A stretch of DNA of 64,000 bases, taken from Candidatus Latescibacterota bacterium. Lineage in GTDB: Bacteria; Latescibacterota; UBA2968; UBA8231. Location of the stretch: positions 3,264,001-3,328,000 of the forward strand of contig CBDFJF010000002.1 of assembly GCA_965248265.1 (NCBI GenBank). Reading direction: 5' to 3'. The notes beneath the pieces are model-generated. The model made no database searches and had not been told where the DNA came from. It saw only the letters and a program-made list of their open reading frames with translations. Below, piece after piece: positions 20,964-31,047 of the stretch (its first letter is position 1; each line of letters begins with the position of its first letter). The position numbers and the translations under genes are program-made.

Positions 20964-22307
20964 CTATATCAGGGAGCCGAACAGGGTGTGGGACGTGACC
21001 TCATTGACGAGGACACGTCGAAGGCTATTGGCTTGAGCCGGGCCGTCGAAGATGACGGTCTTGCCATGTTCGCTGCGACCGTACAGGCGTTCTCCGTCTT
21101 TCGGCGAGCGGCGGCGTTTTGACGGGCCCTCGACAAGTACCTCAACCGTCTTCCCGATGAGGGCCTGGTTCTTCTGCAGGCAGATCGACTCCTGCAGCCC
21201 GATTATCTTCTGCAGACGTTCCCCCTTCACTTGCTCTGGAACATCATCCTCCAATGACTTGTGGGCCGCCGTGCCCGGTCGTTCCGAGTACTTGAACATG
21301 AAGGCGGAGTCGTAGCGTGTCCGCTCCATCAGTTCGAAGGTGGCCTGGAAATCACCCTCCGATTCACCGCAGAATCCAACGATGATGTCCGTCGTCAACG
21401 CCAGATCTGGGACAGCAGCACGCAGATTGTGGACGAGTTCTTCATATTCCTCAATGGTATAGCCGCGCCGCATGCCATCCAACTGGGTGTTGGATGCTGA
21501 CTGAACCGGTAAATGCAGCGAGGGGCACACCTGCGGCACCTCGGTCATGGCCGCGATCGTGTCCTGCGTGAAGTCCTTCGGATAGGGTGATGTGAAGCGG
21601 ATCCGGTCGATGCCATCGATCGCTCCGACGGCCCGCAGCAGGGAAGCGAAATCCATAACTCCATCGTCATAGGAATTCACCGTCTGTCCAAGCAGGGTGA
21701 TCTCGCGAAAGCCCTGCTGGGCGATATCGTTTACTTGTCGCAGGATTTCCCGTGAATCCACGCTGCGCTCGCGGCCCCTGACGTAGGGGACGATGCAGAA
21801 CGTGCAGAACTTGTCGCATCCCCTGATGATGGTGAGCCAGGCATTGGTTCCCGTGGCCCGCGCCGGCGCCACGCCGACGTAGTTCTCAACGCGGTTCAAA
21901 CGCACATCCAGCAAGGTCTCGTCTGCGGTCTGTGCCAGCACCGCGGGAAGCCGGCGGTAGGAGTCTGGTCCCACGACCAGGTCGACGTATGGGGCGCGTT
22001 GCGGCAGCGTGCGCGACAGGTGCTGGGCCATGCAACCGAGGATACCCAGCGTCAGGTCGGGTGTTTGCGCTCTCAAGCCATTGAGCTGAGAAACCCGGCC
22101 GATCACGCGTTCCTCCGCGTTCTCACGAACCGCGCAGGTGTTGATCAAGATGACGCTTGCCTGCTCGGGGCGATCGACGATACGGTAGCCTGCGTCGGTA
22201 AGGATCGAGGATACCAGTTCGGTGTCAGCGACGTTCATCTGGCAGCCGTAGGTTTCGAGGTAGACGGCACGCTTCTCCGTCGCCGCCGTTTCCATTATCG
22301 CCGTCAT
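20964..22307 (-). CDS. miaB: tRNA i6A37 methylthiotransferase
   Basis: ETYGCQMNVAD, NTCAVRENAE, GCDKFCTFCIVPYVRGRERS, FKYSERPGT, TRAM domain; ATGA overlap with mtaB. Confidence 0.95.
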   Translation of the reverse strand: MTAIMETAATEKRAVYLETYGCQMNVADTELVSSILTDAGYRIVDRPEQASVILINTCAVRENAEERVIGRVSQLNGLRAQTPDLTLGILGCMAQHLSRTLPQRAPYVDLVVGPDSYRRLPAVLAQTADETLLDVRLNRVENYVGVAPARATGTNAWLTIIRGCDKFCTFCIVPYVRGRERSVDSREILRQVNDIAQQGFREITLLGQTVNSYDDGVMDFASLLRAVGAIDGIDRIRFTSPYPKDFTQDTIAAMTEVPQVCPSLHLPVQSASNTQLDGMRRGYTIEEYEELVHNLRAAVPDLALTTDIIVGFCGESEGDFQATFELMERTRYDSAFMFKYSERPGTAAHKSLEDDVPEQVKGERLQKIIGLQESICLQKNQALIGKTVEVLVEGPSKRRRSPKDGERLYGRSEHGKTVIFDGPAQANSLRRVLVNEVTSHTLFGSLI

Positions 22308-23677
22308 TGCTGACACCCCTCACTCACTTCACCAAATACGATATCCTCACGCACCTGTGTCACTTCCACCTCGACCAGGTCGTTGGGGCGCAGCCCAGGC
22401 GGAGGTGGAAAGCGGACCCGCATGTAGTTGTCGGTCAAGCCCGAGGCCAGGCCGGAGTCTGCCGGCCCCTCGACTTCTTCCGTGAGCACGGACACCCGGC
22501 AGCCGACGAAACGGCTGTGAAAGGTCAATCGCTTATACTGGCTCAACTCGATCAGGCGGGCGGCGCGAGCGCGTTTTTCGGCGCGGTCGGCGTGCTCGCC
22601 GAGTCTGAGCGCCGCGGTCTCATCCCGAGGTGAGTAGCTGAACACGTGGAGGTAGGTGAGAGGCAGCGCACTCGTGAAGGCGACCGTGTTTTTAAACAGC
22701 GTCTCGTCCTCACCCGGAAACCCGACCATGATGTCGGCTCCCAGGGCGCAGTCCGACACGGCCGCAGCCAGTCGTTGCAGGCGTTCAGCGTAGAAGGCCG
22801 AATCGTAACGGCGCCCCATGCGCTTTAGCACCTGATCATCGCCGCTTTGCATCGGCACGTGGAAGTGACGGCACAGGTTGGTGGCGGATGACGAAGCGAA
22901 TTCGATCAGTTCGTCCGATACGCAGGCAGGCTCCACGGAATTGAGCCGGACACGCTCCAATCCGCTGATTCGGTCCAGTCGTTCGAGCAGCGTGACCAGA
23001 GACAGACCATCACGGCGTTCCTGACCGTAGCTGCCGGAGTGGACTCCGGTGAGGGCCAACTCGCGATAGCCGCCGTCTACCATTTGATGCGCCTGCTGGA
23101 GAATTTCGTCCATCGGGCGACTGACACTGGGGCCTCGTACCGTTGGAATGATACAGTAGGTGCAGTGCTCGTCACAGCCGTCCTGAATCTGCAGCGTGCC
23201 TCGCGTGCGCTCGTTGTCAGCGGCACTCGTCATCGTCAGGAACCGTTCACGAACGGGGCGCACCAATGGGTCGAAATCCGGGATGGACTCTCCGGCGAGG
23301 TGCGTCTGAACATGATGAACCAGGTCGGTCTTCTGGCCGTTGCCGATGACGATTTCAGCACCGGCGTTTCGCAGTTCGTCGGGACGGCGCTGGGCGTAAC
23401 AGCCAGTGGCCACGACCGTGGCCTGCGGGTTCAGCCGTCGCGCCCGGCGCAACGCCTTGCGTGAATCGGCGTCACCGGAACCGGTCACCGTGCAGGTGTT
23501 GACGACGTAGACGTCGGCCGGGGTGCTGTGAGAGACGATATCAAAATCTTGCGTCGCAAATTCCGCCTTCAACGCCTCGACCTCGTACTGGTTTAGCTTG
23601 CAGCCCACATTCTGAACGGCCACGCGCAGTCGTGCCGCGGCGGGGAGGGAAGACGGCTTGTTGTCAGGCGCAATCAC
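22304..23677 (-). CDS. mtaB: tRNA t6A37 methylthiotransferase
   Basis: GCKLNQYE, VNTCTVT, QIQDGCDEHCTYCIIP, LTGVHSGSYG, LHVFSYSPR, GLTDNY. Confidence 0.92.
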   Translation of the reverse strand: MIAPDNKPSSLPAAARLRVAVQNVGCKLNQYEVEALKAEFATQDFDIVSHSTPADVYVVNTCTVTGSGDADSRKALRRARRLNPQATVVATGCYAQRRPDELRNAGAEIVIGNGQKTDLVHHVQTHLAGESIPDFDPLVRPVRERFLTMTSAADNERTRGTLQIQDGCDEHCTYCIIPTVRGPSVSRPMDEILQQAHQMVDGGYRELALTGVHSGSYGQERRDGLSLVTLLERLDRISGLERVRLNSVEPACVSDELIEFASSSATNLCRHFHVPMQSGDDQVLKRMGRRYDSAFYAERLQRLAAAVSDCALGADIMVGFPGEDETLFKNTVAFTSALPLTYLHVFSYSPRDETAALRLGEHADRAEKRARAARLIELSQYKRLTFHSRFVGCRVSVLTEEVEGPADSGLASGLTDNYMRVRFPPPPGLRPNDLVEVEVTQVREDIVFGEVSEGCQQ

Positions 23678-23825
23678 TAGTTGGCTGGTGGCGAATCCTG
23701 GTTGGAGTCGAACAGACAGTGTTCAGAGCTGTCGTACGGGTCAAGCAGTCTGTACAATTGGCTATGCAGTCAATACAATTGGAAAAAGTAGGTGTCGAGG
23801 ATGGAATCGGCAAAGAGCTTGTGGG

Positions 23826-26120
23826 TTACGCCGGCTCCAGACTGGCGTAGGCGACGACGACTTTCTTGATCTGTCCGCGCGAGAAGCGGATCGTCAGCTT
23901 GGTGTCCGTATCCACTCCCTCGCGAGCGACAATTTGTCCACGCCCCCAGCTGGGATGCAGCACCCAACGTCCGACGGCGAGGATATCGTCATCCAGCGAC
24001 ATGTCGTTCTCGAGATGTCCCTCCGCAGCGCCATCGTCGAATTCGTAGTGAACTCCGGTAGCTTTTGCCGTTGGTTCTACGGTAGGTGCGATCTGCGTCC
24101 ACGGATCCCTTTTGACGATCACTGGTTGAACGGGCTGTCGGCGCGGCCGCTGGAAGCGTTCTGGTTCGGCTTCCCGGTGGGTGAACTCTTCCGGAATTTC
24201 AGCGAGGAAGCGCGATGGCACCGATTCCTGCAGGGATCCGTACATGAACCGCCAGCGGGCATGCGTCAGAGCGAGAAAGCGGCGAGCGCGGGTGATGCCG
24301 ACGTAGAGGAGCCGGCGCTCTTCCGCGATAGTAGTCGGGTTGGTGTGGCTCTCTTCGATGGAACGCGCCGTCGGGAACAGGTTCTCCTCGAGCCCGCAGA
24401 TGACGACGAGCGGGTACTCGAGTCCCTTGGCCATGTGCAGGGTCATCAGCGTCAGGGACTCGCCCTGATCCGGCGCGTCATCGGCCGGTGTCATCAGCGC
24501 GACCTCTTCGAGGAACCCCTCGAGTGTTGTTTCCTCGGTCTGCTCCTCGAATTCGGCGATACGTCCGAGCAATTGATCGAGGTTCAGTTCACGGGTCTCG
24601 GCTTCCGGTGTGCGCTCCTGGGCCAGCACTTCGCGATATCCGGTTCGCTCCAGGACGAGTTCGGCCAGTGAGGTAAGTGCGCGAGGAGGCGAAACGCGGT
24701 CAAAGGCAGCCAGTTCGTCCATCAAGTCACGGAAGGTGGCAAGATTGGTGTGAGCTCGCGAGTTGAGTTCGGGGACCTGATCGAGGTGCTCCAATGCTGT
24801 CCGCAGCGTCAACCCTCTGTCATTTGCGAAGTCGCGCAGGCGGACGATGGTGGTGTTGCCGATGCCGCGCTTGGGCATATTGATGACGCGCAGCAGGCTC
24901 ACGTCGTCGGCCGGATTGGCCACGATGCGCAGGTAGGCGACCAGGTCCTTGATCTCCTTGCGTTCGTAAAAGCGGATGCCACCAACGATTACGTATGGCA
25001 ATCCCACACGCTGCAACTCTTCTTCGAGCGGTCGCGACTGCGCATTGGTCCGGTAGAGGATTACGGCCTCGCCGGTGGTCAGTCCCTCGCGGCCACACAC
25101 CGTCATCACGGTACCGACGGCGCGGCGCGCTTCGGCACGATCATCGGCGCATTCAGTCACCTGGATCAGCTCTCCTTCGTCGCCAGCAGTCCACAGGTTC
25201 TTGCCCTTGCGATCCCGGTTGTTTTCGATGACCGCGTTGGCGACAGAAAGAATGCGTGAGGTCGAACGATAGTTCTGCTCCAGACGCACGATCCGGGCGT
25301 CTGGATAATCGTTCTCGAAGTCCAGGATGTTGCGGATATCTGCGCCGCGAAATTGGTATATCGACTGATCGTCGTCGCCGACGCAGCAGATGTTGCGGTG
25401 TTTGGAGGCCATCAGCTTGGAGAACAGGTACTGGGGCTGATTGGTGTCCTGGTACTCGTCGATGAGTACCTGCTGAAAGCGTTCTCCATATCGCTCGAGC
25501 ACGCCAGGGCAGCGATTCAACTGACGCACCGGTTCGACGATCAGGTCATCGAAGTCAAAGGCGTTGCAGGCTCGCAGGGCTATTTGATAGGCGCCATACA
25601 TTTCGGCGATCTTGCGTTTGCGCGGGGAGTCGCCGGCCTGATTCATCGCCGACTGGGCGTCGATCATGGCAGTTTTCGATCGACTGATCTGATTGAGTAC
25701 GGCCTTCGGGTCCAGATCCTGGTCGTTCAGATCTCGCTCGGCGAACAGACGGCGCATGAGACTGCGGCGATCGTCCTCATCGTACACGGTGAAATTGCCA
25801 TCGATACCCAGTTCCTTGGACTCATAGCGCAGGAATCGCGCTCCGATAGAGTGGAAGGTACCGACCCACAGGTGTTGAGCCGCGGCGCCGACAAGCCGCT
25901 CGATTCGGCCCCGCATTTCACCGGCCGCCTTGTTGGTAAAGGTGACGGCCATGATATGCCAGGGCGCCACGCCGAGTTCATCGATCAAGTGGGCGACACG
26001 ATAGGTGAGAACCCGGGTCTTCCCAGATCCGGCGCCCGCCAGTACCAAGACCGGCCCGTCCACGTGGATGGCGGCCTCTCGCTGTGGTGGATTGAGGGCG
26101 TCGAGAAGGGCAGGGGTCAT
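23826..26120 (-). CDS. uvrD: UvrD/PcrA ATP-dependent DNA helicase
   Basis: AGAGSGKTRVL, IDEYQDTN, GDDDQSIYQFRGA, LEQNYRST, TLHMAKGLEY, EERRLLYVGITRA, C-terminal Tudor-like domain. Confidence 0.95.
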   Translation of the reverse strand: MTPALLDALNPPQREAAIHVDGPVLVLAGAGSGKTRVLTYRVAHLIDELGVAPWHIMAVTFTNKAAGEMRGRIERLVGAAAQHLWVGTFHSIGARFLRYESKELGIDGNFTVYDEDDRRSLMRRLFAERDLNDQDLDPKAVLNQISRSKTAMIDAQSAMNQAGDSPRKRKIAEMYGAYQIALRACNAFDFDDLIVEPVRQLNRCPGVLERYGERFQQVLIDEYQDTNQPQYLFSKLMASKHRNICCVGDDDQSIYQFRGADIRNILDFENDYPDARIVRLEQNYRSTSRILSVANAVIENNRDRKGKNLWTAGDEGELIQVTECADDRAEARRAVGTVMTVCGREGLTTGEAVILYRTNAQSRPLEEELQRVGLPYVIVGGIRFYERKEIKDLVAYLRIVANPADDVSLLRVINMPKRGIGNTTIVRLRDFANDRGLTLRTALEHLDQVPELNSRAHTNLATFRDLMDELAAFDRVSPPRALTSLAELVLERTGYREVLAQERTPEAETRELNLDQLLGRIAEFEEQTEETTLEGFLEEVALMTPADDAPDQGESLTLMTLHMAKGLEYPLVVICGLEENLFPTARSIEESHTNPTTIAEERRLLYVGITRARRFLALTHARWRFMYGSLQESVPSRFLAEIPEEFTHREAEPERFQRPRRQPVQPVIVKRDPWTQIAPTVEPTAKATGVHYEFDDGAAEGHLENDMSLDDDILAVGRWVLHPSWGRGQIVAREGVDTDTKLTIRFSRGQIKKVVVAYASLEPA

Positions 26121-27118
26121 CAGTTCAACCTGGCGCGGCGCTGTTGGCGTCGGATCGTGCGCTTCGCGATCTCGTGGTCACGGTTCGTACGACTGAACGA
26201 ATGCGTGCCATCGCCGCGGGCAACGAAGTACAGGTATTCCGTGTCGTTCGGGTACAGAGCGGCCAGTATTGATGCACGACCAGGACTGCCGATCGGACCC
26301 GGGGGCAGGCCTTTGTGACGGTAAGTGTTGTACGGCGACTCCACCCTCAGGTCTGCGTTGGTGAGCCGCTTCTTGTGAACGCCCAGGGCGAATTCCACGG
26401 TAGCACAGGACTCCAGACGCCGCTTGAGCTTGAGTCGCCGGTGCACGACCGCCTCGCGCTCGACCATGGATGCAAGCGTTACCGCCTGATGCAGGGAAAA
26501 CCCAAGCGAGTCCAATCTGCCGTAGAGACTATCAGCGAAGACCTCGAAGAACTCGGTCACCATGCCCTCGATGATTTCCTCCTCCGTGGCTCCCTCTTTG
26601 ATGAAATAGGTTTCAGGAAAGAGGTAGCCTTCCAGATGAGGTTCGCTGAGTCCCAGGCGCGTGATCAGCTCATCGCTTCCCGTCAATGACACGAATCGAG
26701 CTGAGTCCGCGACCCCGGCGCGTTGGAGTACAGCGCCGATCTGATGACGGGTTAAGCCTTCAGGTACGGTGATGCGCTGCAATTGAATAGGTGCTTGGAG
26801 CAACGTTTCCAGTATGTCGCTCGTCGACTGAGCGCTGCGTAGCTCGTAGGTGCCTGCTTCCAATTCATGGGCGAGATCGCGGTATCTTGCTGACAGTTCA
26901 AAGAACGTGGCGCTGCGTATCAATCCGGCCTCTTCCAGCGAACGACCGATTTGCCGTGCCGTCATGCCCGGCTTGATCTCGACCCGGTTGGCGGCTGGCG
27001 TCGGCGTGGTTGCGGCTGGGCGATCGAGCAACCAGCTCAACACCGCGATGATGCCGAAACAGAGAACGCCGATGGCGGCCATGGCCGAGATGACTGAGAG
27101 TGTGCGGTGTTGGACCAT
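26120..27118 (-). CDS. mltG: Endolytic transglycosylase MltG (apparent internal in-frame deletion)
   Basis: TM anchor, ITVPEG, LEGYLFPETY, ASMVERE, SPYNTY..KGLPPGPI, YLYFVA. Confidence 0.92.
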   Translation of the reverse strand: MVQHRTLSVISAMAAIGVLCFGIIAVLSWLLDRPAATTPTPAANRVEIKPGMTARQIGRSLEEAGLIRSATFFELSARYRDLAHELEAGTYELRSAQSTSDILETLLQAPIQLQRITVPEGLTRHQIGAVLQRAGVADSARFVSLTGSDELITRLGLSEPHLEGYLFPETYFIKEGATEEEIIEGMVTEFFEVFADSLYGRLDSLGFSLHQAVTLASMVEREAVVHRRLKLKRRLESCATVEFALGVHKKRLTNADLRVESPYNTYRHKGLPPGPIGSPGRASILAALYPNDTEYLYFVARGDGTHSFSRTNRDHEIAKRTIRRQQRRARLN

Positions 27119-27239
27119 GATATTGAACTAGGTGCTGGCAAGAAAGGACAGAGCCTGGAAGATGACCCGGGCCGGAACGAAAAAATTGCCGGAACGAAAG
27201 AATTCGGGAGCGGGGAGGGGATGCTGCTCGTTGCAGCTG

Positions 27240-27268
27240 ATACTAACTGCCCTAACGTAAGCTGTCAA
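27240..27268 (-). promoter_or_regulatory. Sigma70-like promoter for mltG-uvrD
   Basis: Minus strand TTGACA-N17-TAGTAT. Confidence 0.55.
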
Positions 27269-27327
27269 GCGGAGTTAGAGTCTGATCCCAGGCGCAACGC
27301 CTGCCAATGGAATCCGATATCAGGTTA

Positions 27328-28545
27328 TCAATGCCTGAAAAGCTGGATGAAGAAATCGTGAATCGGTGCGCTCAACGGGCGAGGCAATGGAGCCTCGTCG
27401 TTGGCTGATGCCGGGATGCTCTCGTAGTAATCGGGATCACCGATGGTTTGGTGGGTGATTGAAGGCGTCAGCGCTTCCTTGAACGAACGGTATCGCTTCT
27501 TGCGCTTGGAAAACGCCCGGCCGATCTGTCGGGTGTGATCCTGACCATGCTCCTCGCGCTCCCTTTGGTCGCGTATCAGATCATGCACCTGGTCGGCGAA
27601 GGGGCGACCGCTTCCCCAACAGCGCTTGTGGGCGGAGAGGTGGATGACGCGGTCACCTGACAGCAGGGCGGAGCCGGAAATTCCCTTCGACGAGAAAACC
27701 AGAGAGCGACCGCTGTCTCGCAGGCTCCTGTTCTGTATCAGTTTGCTGTCGCGGCTAACTTCGACGAGTTCATCCATCAGACTCTCGACCTGATCAACCG
27801 GAGTCACTTCCCTGGTGGGGTGAGCGACAGCCTCGACCAGAGCGCTCTGCAGTACCTGGTCGTAACGATCCTCCAGAATCTCGGGATCGCTGAACAACTC
27901 GATGAACAAGTCCTGGCCGACCGCCGCAACCGCTCCGGTCTGCCCCGGCATCGGGGGGAAGATGCGGCTGAAGTCGTTGACATCGGAGCCGTAGTTCTTG
28001 AATACGGCCCGCACGTCCTGGGTGCTGGAAGCTGTGTCAGCCCCTTTCAGATAGCTCTTGATGTTGTCCCAGATTCTGTGCTGGTGAGGTTCTCCATGTT
28101 TTGCCAATTGATCCAGCTTGAATGAACGAACGTACCAGGGACAGGCTTCCGTGCGGTTGAACTCAGCCTGATAGACGGTCGGCTGGCCCGCCTCGACGCA
28201 GTTCACAGGTAACGATGCGCGTCTGAACGGGGGAACCAGACAGCTGAACTGAACAGATCTCAGCTGGGTCGGTCCCATCAGAATGTCCGATTCCGCTACA
28301 AGGACGGAAGTCGGCAACGGATTGTCTATGTGTACCTGGCTGACGAATCCGGTGTCGTTTACCCGCACTCCCTTGCCAAGACCGGTGGACAAGGTGACCA
28401 GATCAGGAGGGTCAGAACCCAATTCATTCGGCAGGAGGGGATAGACGACCATGTTTGGCAGCTCGCCTGTCGGTTCGAACAAAGGCGGGCCGACGGTGAG
28501 TTCGTTGAAAAGGGTCTGTAAAACGCGAGCGAGCGATCCCGACAT
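27328..28545 (-). CDS. ARPP-1 / DUF6569-like domain protein
   Basis: VSQVHIDN...VLVAESDILMGPTQLRSV...LVPP.....LPVNCVEAGQ and Q..IW resemble the ARPP-1 pattern (G.KQNR...IPVSCVEQGRW). Confidence 0.65.
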   Translation of the reverse strand: MSGSLARVLQTLFNELTVGPPLFEPTGELPNMVVYPLLPNELGSDPPDLVTLSTGLGKGVRVNDTGFVSQVHIDNPLPTSVLVAESDILMGPTQLRSVQFSCLVPPFRRASLPVNCVEAGQPTVYQAEFNRTEACPWYVRSFKLDQLAKHGEPHQHRIWDNIKSYLKGADTASSTQDVRAVFKNYGSDVNDFSRIFPPMPGQTGAVAAVGQDLFIELFSDPEILEDRYDQVLQSALVEAVAHPTREVTPVDQVESLMDELVEVSRDSKLIQNRSLRDSGRSLVFSSKGISGSALLSGDRVIHLSAHKRCWGSGRPFADQVHDLIRDQREREEHGQDHTRQIGRAFSKRKKRYRSFKEALTPSITHQTIGDPDYYESIPASANDEAPLPRPLSAPIHDFFIQLFRH

Positions 28546-28552
28546 CTTGCCC

Positions 28553-29065
28553 CTAACGGGCGAAAGCGACTACAGCGTGATAGGTGCCAACGCCGAACCC
28601 CAGGCTGCAGTAACCGGCCAGGATGGTGACTCCGGCGATCAGGGGAAAGATGACTACCATGCCGGTGTCGAGGTCTCGGGTAGGGTCGCCGCGAAGTTCG
28701 AGAACGGCGACCGTCGCATCATGCCCGAATACCGTCCCCAGCATGGCGGTAAGTGTGACAAGGACAAACTGGTGCGCCGGCCAACGGAGGACATAGTCGG
28801 CAATCAGGACGGCCGTCAGGGCCAGTAGAAGACAGGCCGGTAAGCGCAGATGGCCACCCAGAATGTGCTCGAGCCGGGTGCCATACAATGCCGCTGTGGC
28901 ATAGGGTCCCAGCACCAGTAGCCCGGCGCTGATTCCCAGAGCCAAGGTGATGATCAGTTTCGGATTGGGGTCCAAGATGGCGATCAGGAACCCGGCGCTG
29001 AATATCCCGAGCAGGTGGGGCCAGGTACCCGCCAAGCGGTGGTTGAATGTCGATAGGGGGTTCAT
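28553..29065 (-). CDS. Hypothetical polytopic membrane protein
   Basis: About five hydrophobic helices; co-directional with its neighbours. Confidence 0.7.
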   Translation of the reverse strand: MNPLSTFNHRLAGTWPHLLGIFSAGFLIAILDPNPKLIITLALGISAGLLVLGPYATAALYGTRLEHILGGHLRLPACLLLALTAVLIADYVLRWPAHQFVLVTLTAMLGTVFGHDATVAVLELRGDPTRDLDTGMVVIFPLIAGVTILAGYCSLGFGVGTYHAVVAFAR

Positions 29066-29179
29066 ATGTAGTATTATCGGCAACGAGCGCTTCGGCAGGA
29101 CCTCAAAGAAGTGGGCTCAATCACCGGCCTTTTGTGTGCACTCGGCGTTGCTGTCGGCGCTGCTGCCGGCCTTGCCGCC

Positions 29180-30172
29180 TCAACGGTACAGGTGTTCCTC
29201 TTCCACGGGGATTTCTTCGAGGATCTGCACCGCCCGTTTGTTTCCCTGCAAGCCCACGCGACACCGGTACTTGGGTCGATCTCCGATAATGACGATGGCG
29301 GTCTCGTCAGCGTCGGTGTCCAGCTTGACCACGTCGCCGATCTTCAGATCGGCAAGCTGGCTCAGTGGCAAGGTGCCTGAGGCGACCTCCACCTCGATAG
29401 GAATCATCATGTTCTTGAGGTTTTGCTCGTTCCGGCCAACGTTGGTTGCCCTGCGTTGTTGGCGAGCCCCCGCTCCGGTCTCAGGTGATGTCAGCTTGGC
29501 AACCAGTGGATCGAGTGTCAGTACCGGGTAGCACAGGTGTAGTAGTCCGGACACATTCTTCGAGTTCAGCTCGAGGCCGACAACGAGGACCGCGTCGCCC
29601 GGAGCCGTGATCTGGATGAATTCGGGATTCGTTTCCAGGGCCGCGTCCGTAACCTCAACGCGGGCAATAGGTTCCCATGCCTCCTCCAAGTCCCGGAAAG
29701 CTCTGCTAACCAATTTGCCGACGATGCTCATTTCGATTGGGGTCAGTTCGCGTCCGTCATCGGCGAGGCCTCGGCCCTGGCCCCCGAAGGCGCGGTCTAT
29801 CAAGGCCATCAGGATTTCCGGGGCGAAGCTCAACACCGCCTTTCCACCAGAAGGTTCGATGGTAAAACTGTAGGCCGAACAGGGATTGGGTAGGGAGAGG
29901 ATGAACTCGTTGTAGAGTTGCTGCTCGCAATAGGCCAGATCGATGTCGACGACCATCCGCATGGAACTGGACAGGGTGGAGGCAAAGGTTCTGGCGAGTT
30001 GCTCGTGCATGCCCTCCAGTCTTCGGAAGAGCTCTTGGTTCAGGGGCTGTGGCTTCTTGAAATCGTATGAGACTGCGGGACGATCATCGGTCGAATCAGA
30101 GGCCCGGGTCTGGGGCTGTCGAGCTGATTTGAGCAGGTCTTGCAGGTCGTCGTCTGAGATCAGGTCGCTCAT
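29180..30172 (-). CDS. fliM: Flagellar motor switch protein FliM
   Basis: N-terminal LISDDDLQDLL (divergent LSQxEIDALL), YDFKKP, FGGQG, RELTPIE, ETNPEFIQI, LCYP, C-terminal SpoA domain. Confidence 0.92.
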   Translation of the reverse strand: MSDLISDDDLQDLLKSARQPQTRASDSTDDRPAVSYDFKKPQPLNQELFRRLEGMHEQLARTFASTLSSSMRMVVDIDLAYCEQQLYNEFILSLPNPCSAYSFTIEPSGGKAVLSFAPEILMALIDRAFGGQGRGLADDGRELTPIEMSIVGKLVSRAFRDLEEAWEPIARVEVTDAALETNPEFIQITAPGDAVLVVGLELNSKNVSGLLHLCYPVLTLDPLVAKLTSPETGAGARQQRRATNVGRNEQNLKNMMIPIEVEVASGTLPLSQLADLKIGDVVKLDTDADETAIVIIGDRPKYRCRVGLQGNKRAVQILEEIPVEEEHLYR

Positions 30173-30286
30173 GTCAAGTATGGTTTTCCCGACGGGCACA
30201 GTGGGTGGTGACATGTAAAGCTACCATACTAGCCTCCGACTCGCCAAGAGGCTGAATCTGGGGCGTCAAACAGCATCACAAACCAG

Positions 30287-30314
30287 TAAAGTAATCAACG
30301 GGATATGTCGATAC
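30287..30314 (+). promoter_or_regulatory. Possible sigma28 (FliA) promoter upstream of fliS
   Basis: TAAA-N16-GTCGATAC versus consensus TAAA-N15-GCCGATAA. Confidence 0.4.
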
Positions 30315-30334
30315 TACTTACTGTCAAGTAGTAT
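30311..30334. promoter_or_regulatory. Perfect inverted repeat, candidate operator between divergent fliM and fliS
   Basis: ATACTACTT-N6-AAGTAGTAT in an AT-rich intergenic region, immediately followed by TATAAT. Confidence 0.45.
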
Positions 30335-30542
30335 TATAATATTGTCCACCAAAACGAAAGGATCGAGATCATGACTGGAGGTGGATGCTAGTGTGAGGTA
30401 GGTAGGTACATGTATCGATCTGAGCGTAGCGCCATCATCAACGTTGTTCCTTTCAGTGTAGGGACGTATTGGTGGCGATTCGATGGTGAGATGGAAGAAT
30501 GGATTCTTGCACCCCTCAATCTACCGCTCTAGGAGGCCAAGG

Positions 30543-31007
30543 ATGGTTATGTCCACATTCAAGCAGTATCCCAACTCGGAAACGTATGCTGACGACCAGC
30601 TGCGAGGCGACAGTAAAGATCCGCTATGGGGCGAGGCGGTGTACGCAGACAAGGGTCTGTTCCTGCTATTGCTCTATGACAAGGCAATCAAATCCATGAC
30701 TGAGGCTCTCGAGCTGATAGCCGATGGAGACATGGTGGGAAAGGGGGAGAGGTTGATCCGAGCCCAGGACATCGTCCTGCAACTCTCCGATGCCCTCGAT
30801 CCCAGTGCAGGAGCAATAGCCGACAATCTGGAGCGGCTTTATCTCTACATTTACCGTCGGCTGATACGAGGCAATATCCGCCTGGATACAGAGGCGATAG
30901 TAGAGGCACGGTCGCTGATGACGGAGCTTCTCGAATCCTGGCAGGCGGTGATTCTCGGCCGGGACAGCGCAACTGTGCTAGGCTCGGGCAATCGCGCCAT
31001 GGGATAG
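30543..31007 (+). CDS. fliS: Flagellin chaperone FliS
   Basis: LLLLYDKAI...RAQDIV.QL..ALD...GAIADNLERLYLYIYRRL..GNI....W; AGGAGG RBS. Confidence 0.88.
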   Translation: MVMSTFKQYPNSETYADDQLRGDSKDPLWGEAVYADKGLFLLLLYDKAIKSMTEALELIADGDMVGKGERLIRAQDIVLQLSDALDPSAGAIADNLERLYLYIYRRLIRGNIRLDTEAIVEARSLMTELLESWQAVILGRDSATVLGSGNRAMG

Positions 31008-31047
31008 TCCTTTTTTGTCGCCCCAAGTTAGGTGACTTTAGTTGGGT

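Noticed and set aside
23658-26318. 337-aa and 321-aa plus-strand ORFs
   Set aside because: Antisense shadows of uvrD, expected with high-GC codon bias.
29143-29178. Three imperfect 12-nt tandem repeats after the fliM stop
   Set aside because: Short, GC-rich and degenerate; plausibly slippage with no evident function.
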